Positions 18,796 through 29,445 of a stretch of DNA of 39,132 nucleotides are shown here, one piece after another. A program made the position numbers and the translations under genes. The notes under the pieces were generated by a model. The model was not told the DNA's origin. It made no database searches and saw nothing but the letters and a program-made list of their open reading frames with translations. The stretch comes from an uncultured Dehalococcoidia bacterium (GTDB lineage Bacteria; Chloroflexota; Dehalococcoidia; SZUA-161; JAUWZY01): assembly GCA_964567075.1 (NCBI GenBank), contig CAZMKJ010000001.1, positions 1-39,132 on the forward strand. The letters run 5' to 3'. How positions within the stretch are numbered: the stretch's first letter is position 1; the number at the start of each line of letters is the position of its first letter.

Positions 18796-19059
18796 TTATC
18801 TTCGCAGCCCGAGCTTTGCGATCAGTGAGCGATAGCTCTCCGCATCGGTTTCGCTGAGGTAGCGGAGCAGCCTCCTTCTTTGCCCCACCAGCTTCATAAG
18901 GCCCCGCTGCGAGTGGTAATCGTGTTTGTGCTCCTTGAGGTGCTCAGTTAATCTCTCGATCCTCCGGGTAAGGATAGCAATCTGCACCTCGGGAGAGCCG
19001 GTGTCCCCGTCGTGGACTCTAAATTCTTGGATAATGGTCTCTTTTTTTTCCTTCTCCAA
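18796..19059 (-). CDS. rpsO: 30S ribosomal protein S15
   Basis: [20 protein letters not shown]...[25 protein letters not shown] matches S15. TTG start. Confidence 0.93.
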   Translation of the reverse strand: MEKEKKETIIQEFRVHDGDTGSPEVQIAILTRRIERLTEHLKEHKHDYHSQRGLMKLVGQRRRLLRYLSETDAESYRSLIAKLGLRR

Positions 19060-19079
19060 CTGGTTACCCCAAGGTTAAA

Positions 19080-19108
19080 ATTATAACACAGGTCAAGCAT
19101 TGCTGTAA
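19080..19108 (-). promoter_or_regulatory. promoter TTACAG-N17-(TGT)TATAAT for rpsO-pnp
   Basis: The minus strand has a consensus -10 TATAAT with an extended TGn, and a 17-nt spacer to TTACAG. Confidence 0.5.
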
Positions 19109-19139
19109 ATCGGATTGCCTTTCGATTTGGGCAAAGACC

Positions 19140-19168
19140 TTGACACGGGATGAATATTGTCTTATTAT
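19140..19168 (+). promoter_or_regulatory. promoter TTGACA-N17-TATTAT for the PadR operon
   Basis: TTGACA at 19140-19145, a 17-nt spacer, then TATTAT at 19163-19168. Confidence 0.55.
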
Positions 19169-19187
19169 ACCTCGTAATACGAGGTAT
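19167..19187. promoter_or_regulatory. perfect inverted repeat ATACCTCGT-aat-ACGAGGTAT, putative PadR autoregulatory operator
   Basis: A 9-3-9 palindrome overlapping the -10 and the predicted transcription start, directly upstream of the PadR ATG (19192). Confidence 0.45.
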
Positions 19188-19191
19188 CAAC

Positions 19192-19527
19192 ATGGGATAT
19201 GAGCGCGAGCTCCTGAAGGGTAGCACTGATTCCTTGCTGCTATCCCTTATCGGAAACAAGCCGATGTATGGCTATCAGTTGATCAAAGAGATGGAGCGCA
19301 GGAGTGGAGGCTATTTCCGATTTGGGGAGGGAACGCTTTATCCCGCTTTACATCGACTGGAGAAGGAGGGGCTTATCCAAGGGAAGTGGCAGCACTCCCC
19401 TGGCGGGCAGGAGTGCAGATATTATTACCTTACGGGAAAGGGGCACCAAGTCTTGGTCGAGAAGGCAGCGGAGTGGCAGCGCTTCTCCGCCGCGGTGAAT
19501 ATGATCATTGAGCCCATCAATCCGTAA
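19192..19527 (+). CDS. PadR-family transcriptional regulator
   Basis: LLKGSTDSLLLSLIGNKPMYGYQLIKEMERRSGGYFRFGEGTLYPALHRLEKEGLI is the canonical PadR winged helix. I prefer the ATG at 19192 over the track ATG at 19150, because 19150 lies inside the promoter. Confidence 0.9.
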   Translation: MGYERELLKGSTDSLLLSLIGNKPMYGYQLIKEMERRSGGYFRFGEGTLYPALHRLEKEGLIQGKWQHSPGGQECRYYYLTGKGHQVLVEKAAEWQRFSAAVNMIIEPINP

Positions 19528-19539
19528 CCAAAGCGAATA

Positions 19540-20472
19540 ATGGCATCGGAGATAAGGCAATATCTAAACGATCTTGGATCTCGTCTCAGGCTCGATCCAA
19601 CGTCGGAAAGGGATATCCTGCGTGAGCTCTACACCCACTTGGAGGAGGAAACCGACGAGCTTCGCCAAACTGGGTTGAGCAGAGAAGAGGCAGCGCGGAT
19701 GGCCACCGAGCGCTTCGGTTCCATCCAGGCTTTAGCCCGAGAGTTTCACCAGGTCCATAGCAAGGGGACATTGCTTCAGGCGTTCCTTGCCGCATTACCC
19801 CACCTACTAATCGCTCTCACCTTTATCCTCCAGCTCTGGCGGGGATGGCACTGGATGGTGGCCATTTTGGTTTCCATGATGTTGGTCACCATCTATGAAT
19901 GGCGGCGGGGCAAGCCAGCTTGGCTCTACCCTTGGCTCGGCTACTGCTTAGCCATGATGCTGATTTTGGCCCTGCTCTTATGGCAGGTCGTCCCCAATCC
20001 CTGGCTCTGGCTTCTGCTTTTGGCTTATATCCCTTTTGCCCTGTGGCTTTTGGTCTCTATCGTGCTCCGCGTTGTTCGCCGCGACTGGCTTTTGGCTTCA
20101 TTGATGATGTTGCCGCTCCCGGTAGCCATCGGCTGGCTTCTGACCTTGGAGCAGGAAGGGCTTGTTTATAACGAACAGGGTTTTCATAATATCAGCCCCC
20201 AATTAGCGCTCACCTTCCTGACCTTAGGTCTGGTCACTGCGGCTTTTATCCGGCTCAGAAACCGCCTGTTTAAAGCTGGGCTTTTGCTGACCGCAACCCT
20301 GATAATGCTCATCGTCATCTTGCCGGCGACCGGGGCTTTCTTCGTTTTATCTCTATTGCTGACCAGCTCGCTTCTGCTCCCTCGGTTGCTGGAGCATAAG
20401 ATGGGGCGTGAGCAGTGGCGAAATGATGCCTGGGAGCAATTGCCACCTGAAAAGGAGCAAGAAGCTGATTAG
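19540..20472 (+). CDS. PadR-associated membrane protein (cytoplasmic helical N-domain plus multiple TM helices)
   Basis: The N-terminus IRQYLNDLGSRL...ERDILRELYTHLEEETDELRQTGLSREEAARMATERFGS resembles the prefix domain commonly encoded after PadR genes. Six or more hydrophobic helices follow. Confidence 0.75.
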   Translation: MASEIRQYLNDLGSRLRLDPTSERDILRELYTHLEEETDELRQTGLSREEAARMATERFGSIQALAREFHQVHSKGTLLQAFLAALPHLLIALTFILQLWRGWHWMVAILVSMMLVTIYEWRRGKPAWLYPWLGYCLAMMLILALLLWQVVPNPWLWLLLLAYIPFALWLLVSIVLRVVRRDWLLASLMMLPLPVAIGWLLTLEQEGLVYNEQGFHNISPQLALTFLTLGLVTAAFIRLRNRLFKAGLLLTATLIMLIVILPATGAFFVLSLLLTSSLLLPRLLEHKMGREQWRNDAWEQLPPEKEQEAD

Positions 20473-20535
20473 GGGCAAAAGCGGCTGCGCCACGTCGACA
20501 TGCCTTCTGTAGACTTTGATGAAAGGGGGTGAGAA

Positions 20536-20952
20536 ATGCAAAAATTGGTCCGTGTGACTGCGATAATCATGCTCGTTCTGGGGGTGACCGGGCTCGCCTT
20601 CGGCATAGTGCTGATCGTGTGTGCAAACTCGATCCACGACCAAACAGTGGCGGAGTTGGAAAAGGACCACTCCCCGACAACAATTGGAGAACTGCGGGAT
20701 CTCAGGGAGGATTTCTCGGCTAAACGCAGAGACTTCTTTGCGCCCTTTGGGCCGGCTGCTTACAATCCTTACGATCCTGCTCAGCAACCGGGGTTTAATT
20801 ATCTAATAATGGAGAAGGGCGTGGGACTCAGCCTAACAAGCTTGAGTCGGGCCATGATGTACCAGTATGCCGGGATTGGCATCCTCGTCTTGGGGCTTGG
20901 GCTGGCAGCAGCCGGGGTGGTGCAGTATAAAATGGCTGGGCGCATGACCTGA
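20536..20952 (+). CDS. hypothetical membrane protein (TM helices at the N- and C-termini)
   Basis: RBS GGGGGTG upstream of the ATG, and hydrophobic N- and C-terminal helices flanking a polar domain. No family recognised. Confidence 0.6.
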   Translation: MQKLVRVTAIIMLVLGVTGLAFGIVLIVCANSIHDQTVAELEKDHSPTTIGELRDLREDFSAKRRDFFAPFGPAAYNPYDPAQQPGFNYLIMEKGVGLSLTSLSRAMMYQYAGIGILVLGLGLAAAGVVQYKMAGRMT

Positions 20953-21012
20953 AGCGGAGCGCGCAGCTAAAACGAAACAGGCACAGCCGCTTTTGTTTGC
21001 CTTAGGAGGTTA

Positions 21013-21870
21013 GTGAATAAGGTTGCCGTTGTCACCGACAGCATTGCTTGCCTGCCCAAGGAATTGGTGGAGCAATACCGGATTCGAGTAGTGCCGGTAA
21101 ATGTGCTTTTTGACGGTAAGGTATATCGGGATTCGATTGATATAAGCCCGACTGAGATTTACCGGATGCTGGAAAAGGCACCCGAGCTTTTTACCACTTC
21201 ACCACCTTCCCCAGGGCAGTTTCTCGAGGTTTACCGCGAGCTAAGTGGGCAAGCAGAAAGCATTCTTTGCATTGCCATCTCCGCTAAGCTGAGCACACTC
21301 TATGATGCGGCTCAAGTGGCAAAAGGCTTGGCCGAGCAAGAACACACTGGGGCCAGAATCGAGGTATTGGATTCCCAGACTGCCGCCGCGGGACAGGGCT
21401 TTGTTGTCCTGGCGGCGGCTCGGGCAGCGGCAGAGGGCAAGAGCCTGGCCGAGGTCATCGATGCTGCGGAAAGGGTCAGGGAGCGGGTTATTGTCTTTGG
21501 TCTTTTGGACACCATCCGCTATATCCATCGCACCGGGCGCATTCCCAAGATGGCGGCACTAATAGGCTCTGTGCTCAATATCAAGCCAATATTCGCCATA
21601 TCCAGTGGTGTGGTACATTTTGCCGGCGTCACCAGAACAAGAAACAAGGGCATAGAGCGCCTCCTTAGGATGATGCGGAAAAAGGCGGGCACAAATCCGC
21701 TGCATGTGGCGGTAATGCACGGCAGCGTGCCGGAAGAAGCGGAAAGGCTCAAGGAGCGGGTCTCATCCCAGTTCGATTGCGCCGAGATTTGGCTCACCGA
21801 GTTCACCCCGATAATGGGCTATGCCGCTGGTGCCGGCGTTTTAGCCCTTGCTTTCTATACGGAGAGTTAA
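21013..21870 (+). CDS. DegV-family fatty-acid-binding protein (FakB-like), copy 1
   Basis: VAVVTDSIACLPKELVEQY...TTSPPSPGQF...SAKLSTLYDAA is typical DegV. GTG start with an AGGAGG RBS. Confidence 0.9.
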   Translation: MNKVAVVTDSIACLPKELVEQYRIRVVPVNVLFDGKVYRDSIDISPTEIYRMLEKAPELFTTSPPSPGQFLEVYRELSGQAESILCIAISAKLSTLYDAAQVAKGLAEQEHTGARIEVLDSQTAAAGQGFVVLAAARAAAEGKSLAEVIDAAERVRERVIVFGLLDTIRYIHRTGRIPKMAALIGSVLNIKPIFAISSGVVHFAGVTRTRNKGIERLLRMMRKKAGTNPLHVAVMHGSVPEEAERLKERVSSQFDCAEIWLTEFTPIMGYAAGAGVLALAFYTES

Positions 21871-21893
21871 TTGCCGGAACGAGCTCCTTTCTC

Positions 21894-22751
21894 ATGAACC
21901 GAGTGGCAGTAGTCACCGATAGCATTGCTTGCCTGCCCAAGGAGCTGGTGGAGCGATATGGCATCTATATCATCCCCATAACCATCAACTTCGGGGACGA
22001 GATCTACCGCGATGGAATCGACATCACCCCGAGCGAGGTCTATAGGCTGTTGCGGAAGGCAAAGAAACTCCCCACCACCTCCTCCCCGCCACCCGGAGCC
22101 TATCTTGAAGCCTATCGCCAGCTGAGCCAGCATAGTGACAGTATCCTCTGCATTACCATGCCGCAGCAGATCAGCATGGGATTTGATTCGGCGCAGCAGG
22201 CAAGGGAGATGGTCAAAGAGGAGCTCCCCGGCGTTGTCATCGAGATACTCGACTGCCAGACCGCCGCTGGAGGACAGGGTTTCGTCACCTTGGCCGCAGC
22301 GCAAGCCGCCAGCTCGGGGGCAGACCTGGGACAAGTACTCGAAGCGGCACAAAGGGTGATGAGCCGGGTCGATGTAGTGGCGGCGATGGATACCCTCTAC
22401 TATTTGGCCAAAGGGGGGCGCGTCCCCAGGGCTGCCGCCTGGATCGCCTCCATCCTCAGCATCAAGCCCATTTTGGGCATCAGAGGCGGCGACATCGGGC
22501 TCCGGGAGAGGGCTCGCACTAAACCCAAGGCATTGAAGCGTCTGCTGGAGATTATGCGGGAAGAGGTGGGGCAAAAGCCAGTGCATGTCATCGTGTTCCA
22601 TTCTGATGTACTGGACGAGGCGCAAAGGCTCAGGGACCAGATTTCAGCCCAATTCGATTGCGTCGAGATTTTTATCACTGATTTCACCCCCACAATGGGA
22701 GTCCACACCGGACCGGGAACCCTGGGCATTGCCTTCTATGGCGAGGACTGA
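21894..22751 (+). CDS. DegV-family fatty-acid-binding protein (FakB-like), copy 2
   Basis: MNRVAVVTDSIACLPKELVERY... is also 285 aa and collinear with copy 1. The ATG at 21894 was chosen because the longer track ORF overlaps copy 1. Confidence 0.88.
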   Translation: MNRVAVVTDSIACLPKELVERYGIYIIPITINFGDEIYRDGIDITPSEVYRLLRKAKKLPTTSSPPPGAYLEAYRQLSQHSDSILCITMPQQISMGFDSAQQAREMVKEELPGVVIEILDCQTAAGGQGFVTLAAAQAASSGADLGQVLEAAQRVMSRVDVVAAMDTLYYLAKGGRVPRAAAWIASILSIKPILGIRGGDIGLRERARTKPKALKRLLEIMREEVGQKPVHVIVFHSDVLDEAQRLRDQISAQFDCVEIFITDFTPTMGVHTGPGTLGIAFYGED

Positions 22752-22805
22752 TGCCCATTTGCCTCTGTCGCCGAAATCGATTATAGTTAACGGAGCAAAG
22801 AGAGC

Positions 22806-23504
22806 ATGTGGGCTGAAATCGGCTATATTCTGGGAGCCTATCTATTAGGCTCTCTCCCTGTGCTTTATATCATAGGCCGGCTCAAGGGCTTTGATCTGCG
22901 TGGTGAGGACATGCATCTGGGGCTGTGGCGGAAGGTGGGCTATGTCGAGGGAGCTACAGGGATTATATGGGATATTGGCAAAGGGGCTCTGCTGCCCTTA
23001 GTTGCCCTGCTATGGCTCGACCTCGGGGTCACCGTTGCCTCCCTGTCCGCGCTGGCTGTTTTAGTTGGCATGATGTGGCCGATCTTTCTCCGTTTCGAAG
23101 GGGAAAAGGGCAATAGCACTGGCACCGGCGCCGCCGGAGGGCTGCTACTTGGAGTGCAGGCACCGCTGGCACTGGGATTGTTCTTAGTCCCCGTAGCTGC
23201 AGGCGGGTTGACCCGAGCTGCTCTGTCACTGCGGAAGCGAGATGCCTCATTAGGGGAGCGCTTCAGATTCGGCGGCCAAAGTGTGGTCATGCCCTTAGGG
23301 ATGATTATCGGCTTTGCTCTTCTACCTATCCTCTCCTGGCTGTTCCATTCCCAAGATCTGATCCTGACCTGGGTCTTCCTGGCCATGTTCGTCCTGATAG
23401 TAATAAAAAGGCTGACCGCTGGTCTCAGGGAAGACCTCAAATCGGCTGGGGATAGGAAAAGCATTTTACTAAATCGGCTGCTTTACGATCGAAGTTATCG
23501 TTAA
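22806..23504 (+). CDS. PlsY-superfamily membrane protein (acyl-phosphate:glycerol-3-phosphate acyltransferase-like, divergent motifs)
   Basis: The N-terminus GAYLLGSLPVLYIIGRLKG and the DIGKGALLPLV motif are PlsY-like. The positions of the GSGNxGATN and GHxxPxF..GGKGVAT signatures are substituted. Confidence 0.7.
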   Translation: MWAEIGYILGAYLLGSLPVLYIIGRLKGFDLRGEDMHLGLWRKVGYVEGATGIIWDIGKGALLPLVALLWLDLGVTVASLSALAVLVGMMWPIFLRFEGEKGNSTGTGAAGGLLLGVQAPLALGLFLVPVAAGGLTRAALSLRKRDASLGERFRFGGQSVVMPLGMIIGFALLPILSWLFHSQDLILTWVFLAMFVLIVIKRLTAGLREDLKSAGDRKSILLNRLLYDRSYR

Positions 23505-23513
23505 ACGGCTTAA

Positions 23514-24101
23514 ATGAACAAGGGGCAGCTCTTAGCCGATGTGCAGCAATTAAAGGAAGCATTAAATGAGCTTCCTGAACCTCTAGCTCGACCTTTTTTA
23601 ATTGTCATTAGCGGGCTTCCTGGCACTGGGAAGTCTTATTTCAGCCGCACGCTGGCGGAGAGATGGCCCTGCCTTATTGTGGAGAGCGATGCCCTGCGCA
23701 AAACCCTATTCCCCGTGCCCAGCTATAACGCCCGAGAAAGCCAGCGCCTGTTTCAAGCACTTCATCTCCTCACTGAAGAGTTCCTGAGCAAGGGTATCCC
23801 GGTGCTTTTGGACGCCACCAACCTGGTCGAGTATCACCGTGAGCATCTCTACCGTATCGCCGACCGCCTCGGGCTCAAGCTTATCATCGTCCGGGTGGAA
23901 GCCCCTGCCGAGCTGGTTCGGGAGCGACTCCAGAGGCGGGCAGAGGACATCGATCCCCAAGACAGGTCGGATGCTGGCTGGGCAATTTATCAGCGGATGA
24001 AGCCCAAGGAGCAGCAAATCCGCCGCCATCACTTCGTCGTCAATACCGCAAGAGACATCACCCCGGTGATAAATAAGATAATCCGGGAACTGAAGCGCTA
24101 A
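23514..24101 (+). CDS. P-loop kinase / AAA-type ATP-binding protein of unknown specificity
   Basis: Walker A ISGLPGTGKSY and Walker B-like VLLDATN in a small (195 aa) nucleotide/small-molecule-kinase-like layout. Confidence 0.75.
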   Translation: MNKGQLLADVQQLKEALNELPEPLARPFLIVISGLPGTGKSYFSRTLAERWPCLIVESDALRKTLFPVPSYNARESQRLFQALHLLTEEFLSKGIPVLLDATNLVEYHREHLYRIADRLGLKLIIVRVEAPAELVRERLQRRAEDIDPQDRSDAGWAIYQRMKPKEQQIRRHHFVVNTARDITPVINKIIRELKR

Positions 24102-24175
24102 AATTGCCCCCCAGTCTATTTTGTGCTATAGTCTTTTATTGAGAAAAGCGGTGATAAATAGCAAGGGGGGAAGAA

Positions 24176-25117
24176 TTGGCTCAGGAGCTAAAGGTTTTCA
24201 CCGGGAACGCCCACCCCGAGTTGGCGGCTGCCATTTGCCACTATCTCCACATATCGTTAGGTCAGGCTGAGGTCTTCGAGTTCAGCAATGAGAACATCTT
24301 TGTCCGAGTCCTGGAAAATGTGCGCGGATGTGATGTTTTCATCGTTCAGCCTATCTGCTCCCCGGTCAACAAGAGCCTTATGGAGCTGCTCATCATGATC
24401 GATGCCATGAAGCGGGCCTCAGCGGAGCGGGTCACTGCCACAATCCCCTACTATGGCTATAGTCGCACCGATAAGAAAGACCAACCTCGGGTGCCGATAA
24501 CGGCACGATTAGTGGCCGACTTGATTACCGTAGCCGGCGCCAATCGGGTGCTCACCGTAGACCTCCATGCCGGGCAGATTCAGGGCTTCTTCAATATCCC
24601 GGTTGACGAACTGACTGCGTTCCCTATCCTGAGCCGCTACTTCGAGGAAAAGGAATATCCGGATTTGGCGGTGGTGGCCGCAGACCTCGGCATCACCAAG
24701 CGAGCTCGAGACCTGGCGGCCAAGCTTGATGCGCCGTTAGCCATCATTGAAAAAAGGCGCTTGGGCAATATCGAGAAGGTTGAGACTCTGGGCGTGATCG
24801 GGGAGGTTCAGGGGATGCGGGCCCTGCTTATAGATGATGAAGTCGATACCGCGGAGTCGCTCACAGTGGCATCCTACACCTTGAAGGAACACGGAGCGGA
24901 AGAGATTTATGCCTGCTGCCCCCATCCCATCCTCACCGGCTCTGCGGTAAGCCGCATCGCCCAAAGCCCGATACGGGAATTGGTGGTCACCGATACCGTC
25001 CCCGTGTCTGAAGAAAAGAGGACCGGCAAGGTCACTGTGCTTTCCATAGCCCCTTTGATTGGCGAGGCCATTTATCGCATCCATAACGGTCTCTCCGTGG
25101 GGGCCATGTTCGAGTAA
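24176..25117 (+). CDS. prs: ribose-phosphate pyrophosphokinase
   Basis: VFTGNAHPELA...YYGYSRTDKK...DLHAGQIQGFF...LIDDEVDTAES matches Prs. TTG start after an AAGGGGGG RBS. Confidence 0.93.
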   Translation: MAQELKVFTGNAHPELAAAICHYLHISLGQAEVFEFSNENIFVRVLENVRGCDVFIVQPICSPVNKSLMELLIMIDAMKRASAERVTATIPYYGYSRTDKKDQPRVPITARLVADLITVAGANRVLTVDLHAGQIQGFFNIPVDELTAFPILSRYFEEKEYPDLAVVAADLGITKRARDLAAKLDAPLAIIEKRRLGNIEKVETLGVIGEVQGMRALLIDDEVDTAESLTVASYTLKEHGAEEIYACCPHPILTGSAVSRIAQSPIRELVVTDTVPVSEEKRTGKVTVLSIAPLIGEAIYRIHNGLSVGAMFE

Positions 25118-25127
25118 GAGGTAAATC

Positions 25128-27713
<2,586 letters not shown>

Positions 27714-27735
27714 GGGTGGAAATGGGTGTCGAGCC

Positions 27736-29445
27736 ATGAAAAACGCAGCCGTGGCTAAGGTATTCCAGGACATCGCTGACCTCCTTGAGCTCAAGGAGGA
27801 AAATGCCTTTAAGATCAGGGCTTATCAAAAGGCAGCCCGAACTATTGAGAATCTGCCCGTGGAAGTAGAGCAGCTAATGGAGCAGGGAAAGTTGAGGCAG
27901 GTTCCCGGGATTGGCGAGGCCATCGAAAAGAAGATCAGCGAGCTTGTGACCACCGGGCGCCTCGGCTATTATGACAAGCTTCGCGCTGAGTTCCCCGAAG
28001 GCATCAGCCTGCTTATGGACATCCCCGGCATCGGGCCCAAGACGGCGCTCAGGCTGTCCAAAGAGCTGGGCATCTCCACCATCGAGGAGCTGGAGAAAGC
28101 GGCTTCAAATGGGAAGGTGGCTGCCCTATATCGCCTCGGAGATAAGACAGCGGCTAACATCCTGCGCCGCATCCAGGCAATGCGGCGCAAAGACCAGAGG
28201 GTCCCCTTAGGGCAAGCCCTGCCCATGGTGGAGGAGATCGTGGCTGCGCTTAACAGTTGCCCCGGGGTACATGATCTGGTCCCGGCGGGGAGCCTGCGCC
28301 GCTTTAAGGAGACCATCGGCGACATCGACATCATGGGCACAGCCTCAGCCCCGGAGCGAGTGCTTCAAGCCTTCGCTGAGCTGCCTCAAGTTGAGGAGGT
28401 TATGGTTCAGGGGACAACTAAGGCCAGCGTCATCGTCGGCGATGGGCTCCAGGTTGATTTGCGCATGGTGGAGGAAGATTGCTTCGGCTCGCTGCTCCAG
28501 TATTTCACCGGCAGCAAGGACCACAACATCGCCCTCAGGGAGCGGGCGGTGCGCAACGGGCTCAAGATCAGCGAATATGGCATCACCACCCTGAAGACAG
28601 GGAAGACGGAGAAGTTTGCCAGCGAAGAGGGCTATTATGGCAGGCTTGGGCTTGAGTTTATCCCTCCCGAAATCAGGGAGGGGCGAGACGAGATAGAAAG
28701 GGCAGAGCAAAGGACACTCCCCAGGTTGATCCAGCTCTCCGATATCAAAGGCGACATCCATGTCCATACCGACTGGAGCGATGGGCATGATTCCATCGAA
28801 GCTATAGCCCTGGCAGCCAAGGAGCGGGGCTATCAATATGTAGCAATCACCGAACATTCTGCGGGCAGAGGCATTGCCCACGGGCTAAATGAGGAGCGGC
28901 TGAGGAGACAGATTGCCGAGATAAAAAGGCTGAACCAAACCCTTGATGGCATCCGGGTGCTTTCCGGGATCGAGGTCGATATTCGAGCTGATGGCTCTTT
29001 GGACTTGTCCGACGATGTTTTAGCTGAGCTTGACCTCGTGATCGCGGCGGTTCACTCCGCCATGGGACAAGATGAGGAGAAGATGACCCGTAGGGTGATT
29101 AAAGCAATGGAGAACCCGCATGTCGATGTCCTGGCGCACCCCACGTGCCGGATTTTGGGGGAGCGGGAGCCGGTGAGCATCGACTTAGAGGAGGTATTCA
29201 GGGCAGCGCTGCGCACAGATACGGCGTTGGAGATCAATGCCATGCCTGAGCGACTGGACCTCAGGGATATTCACGTGCTGCGGGCCAGAGAGCTGGGAGT
29301 TAAGCTCCTCATCGGCACCGATGCCCATAGCATAGCCCAACTGGACCTGATGCGCTTTGGCGTTGGCATTGCGCGGCGGGGCTGGTGCCCAGCCGAGGAT
29401 ATATTGAACACCAAGTCAGTGGAGGCTTGGCTAAAATCAAGCTGA
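27736..29445 (+). CDS. polX: family X DNA polymerase with C-terminal PHP phosphoesterase domain (PolX)
   Basis: N-terminal HhH repeats (FKIRAYQKAARTIE, IPGIGPKTA), the catalytic GSLRRFKETIGDIDI segment and the PHP motif DIHVHTDWSDGHD. Confidence 0.92.
   Translation: MKNAAVAKVFQDIADLLELKEENAFKIRAYQKAARTIENLPVEVEQLMEQGKLRQVPGIGEAIEKKISELVTTGRLGYYDKLRAEFPEGISLLMDIPGIGPKTALRLSKELGISTIEELEKAASNGKVAALYRLGDKTAANILRRIQAMRRKDQRVPLGQALPMVEEIVAALNSCPGVHDLVPAGSLRRFKETIGDIDIMGTASAPERVLQAFAELPQVEEVMVQGTTKASVIVGDGLQVDLRMVEEDCFGSLLQYFTGSKDHNIALRERAVRNGLKISEYGITTLKTGKTEKFASEEGYYGRLGLEFIPPEIREGRDEIERAEQRTLPRLIQLSDIKGDIHVHTDWSDGHDSIEAIALAAKERGYQYVAITEHSAGRGIAHGLNEERLRRQIAEIKRLNQTLDGIRVLSGIEVDIRADGSLDLSDDVLAELDLVIAAVHSAMGQDEEKMTRRVIKAMENPHVDVLAHPTCRILGEREPVSIDLEEVFRAALRTDTALEINAMPERLDLRDIHVLRARELGVKLLIGTDAHSIAQLDLMRFGVGIARRGWCPAEDILNTKSVEAWLKSS

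Noticed and set aside
19060-19191. The major switch of gene orientation (minus-strand genes to the left, plus-strand genes to the right), considered as a possible replication origin.
   Set aside because: The gap is only about 130 bp and is fully explained by two promoters and an operator. No DnaA-box-like repeats, AT-rich unwinding element or dnaA/dnaN genes are nearby.
23514-24101. The P-loop kinase, considered as a zeta-toxin-like toxin of a toxin-antitoxin pair.
   Set aside because: There is no small upstream antitoxin-like ORF. The gene sits in an operon with lipid-related genes, and the motifs are generic Walker A/B only.
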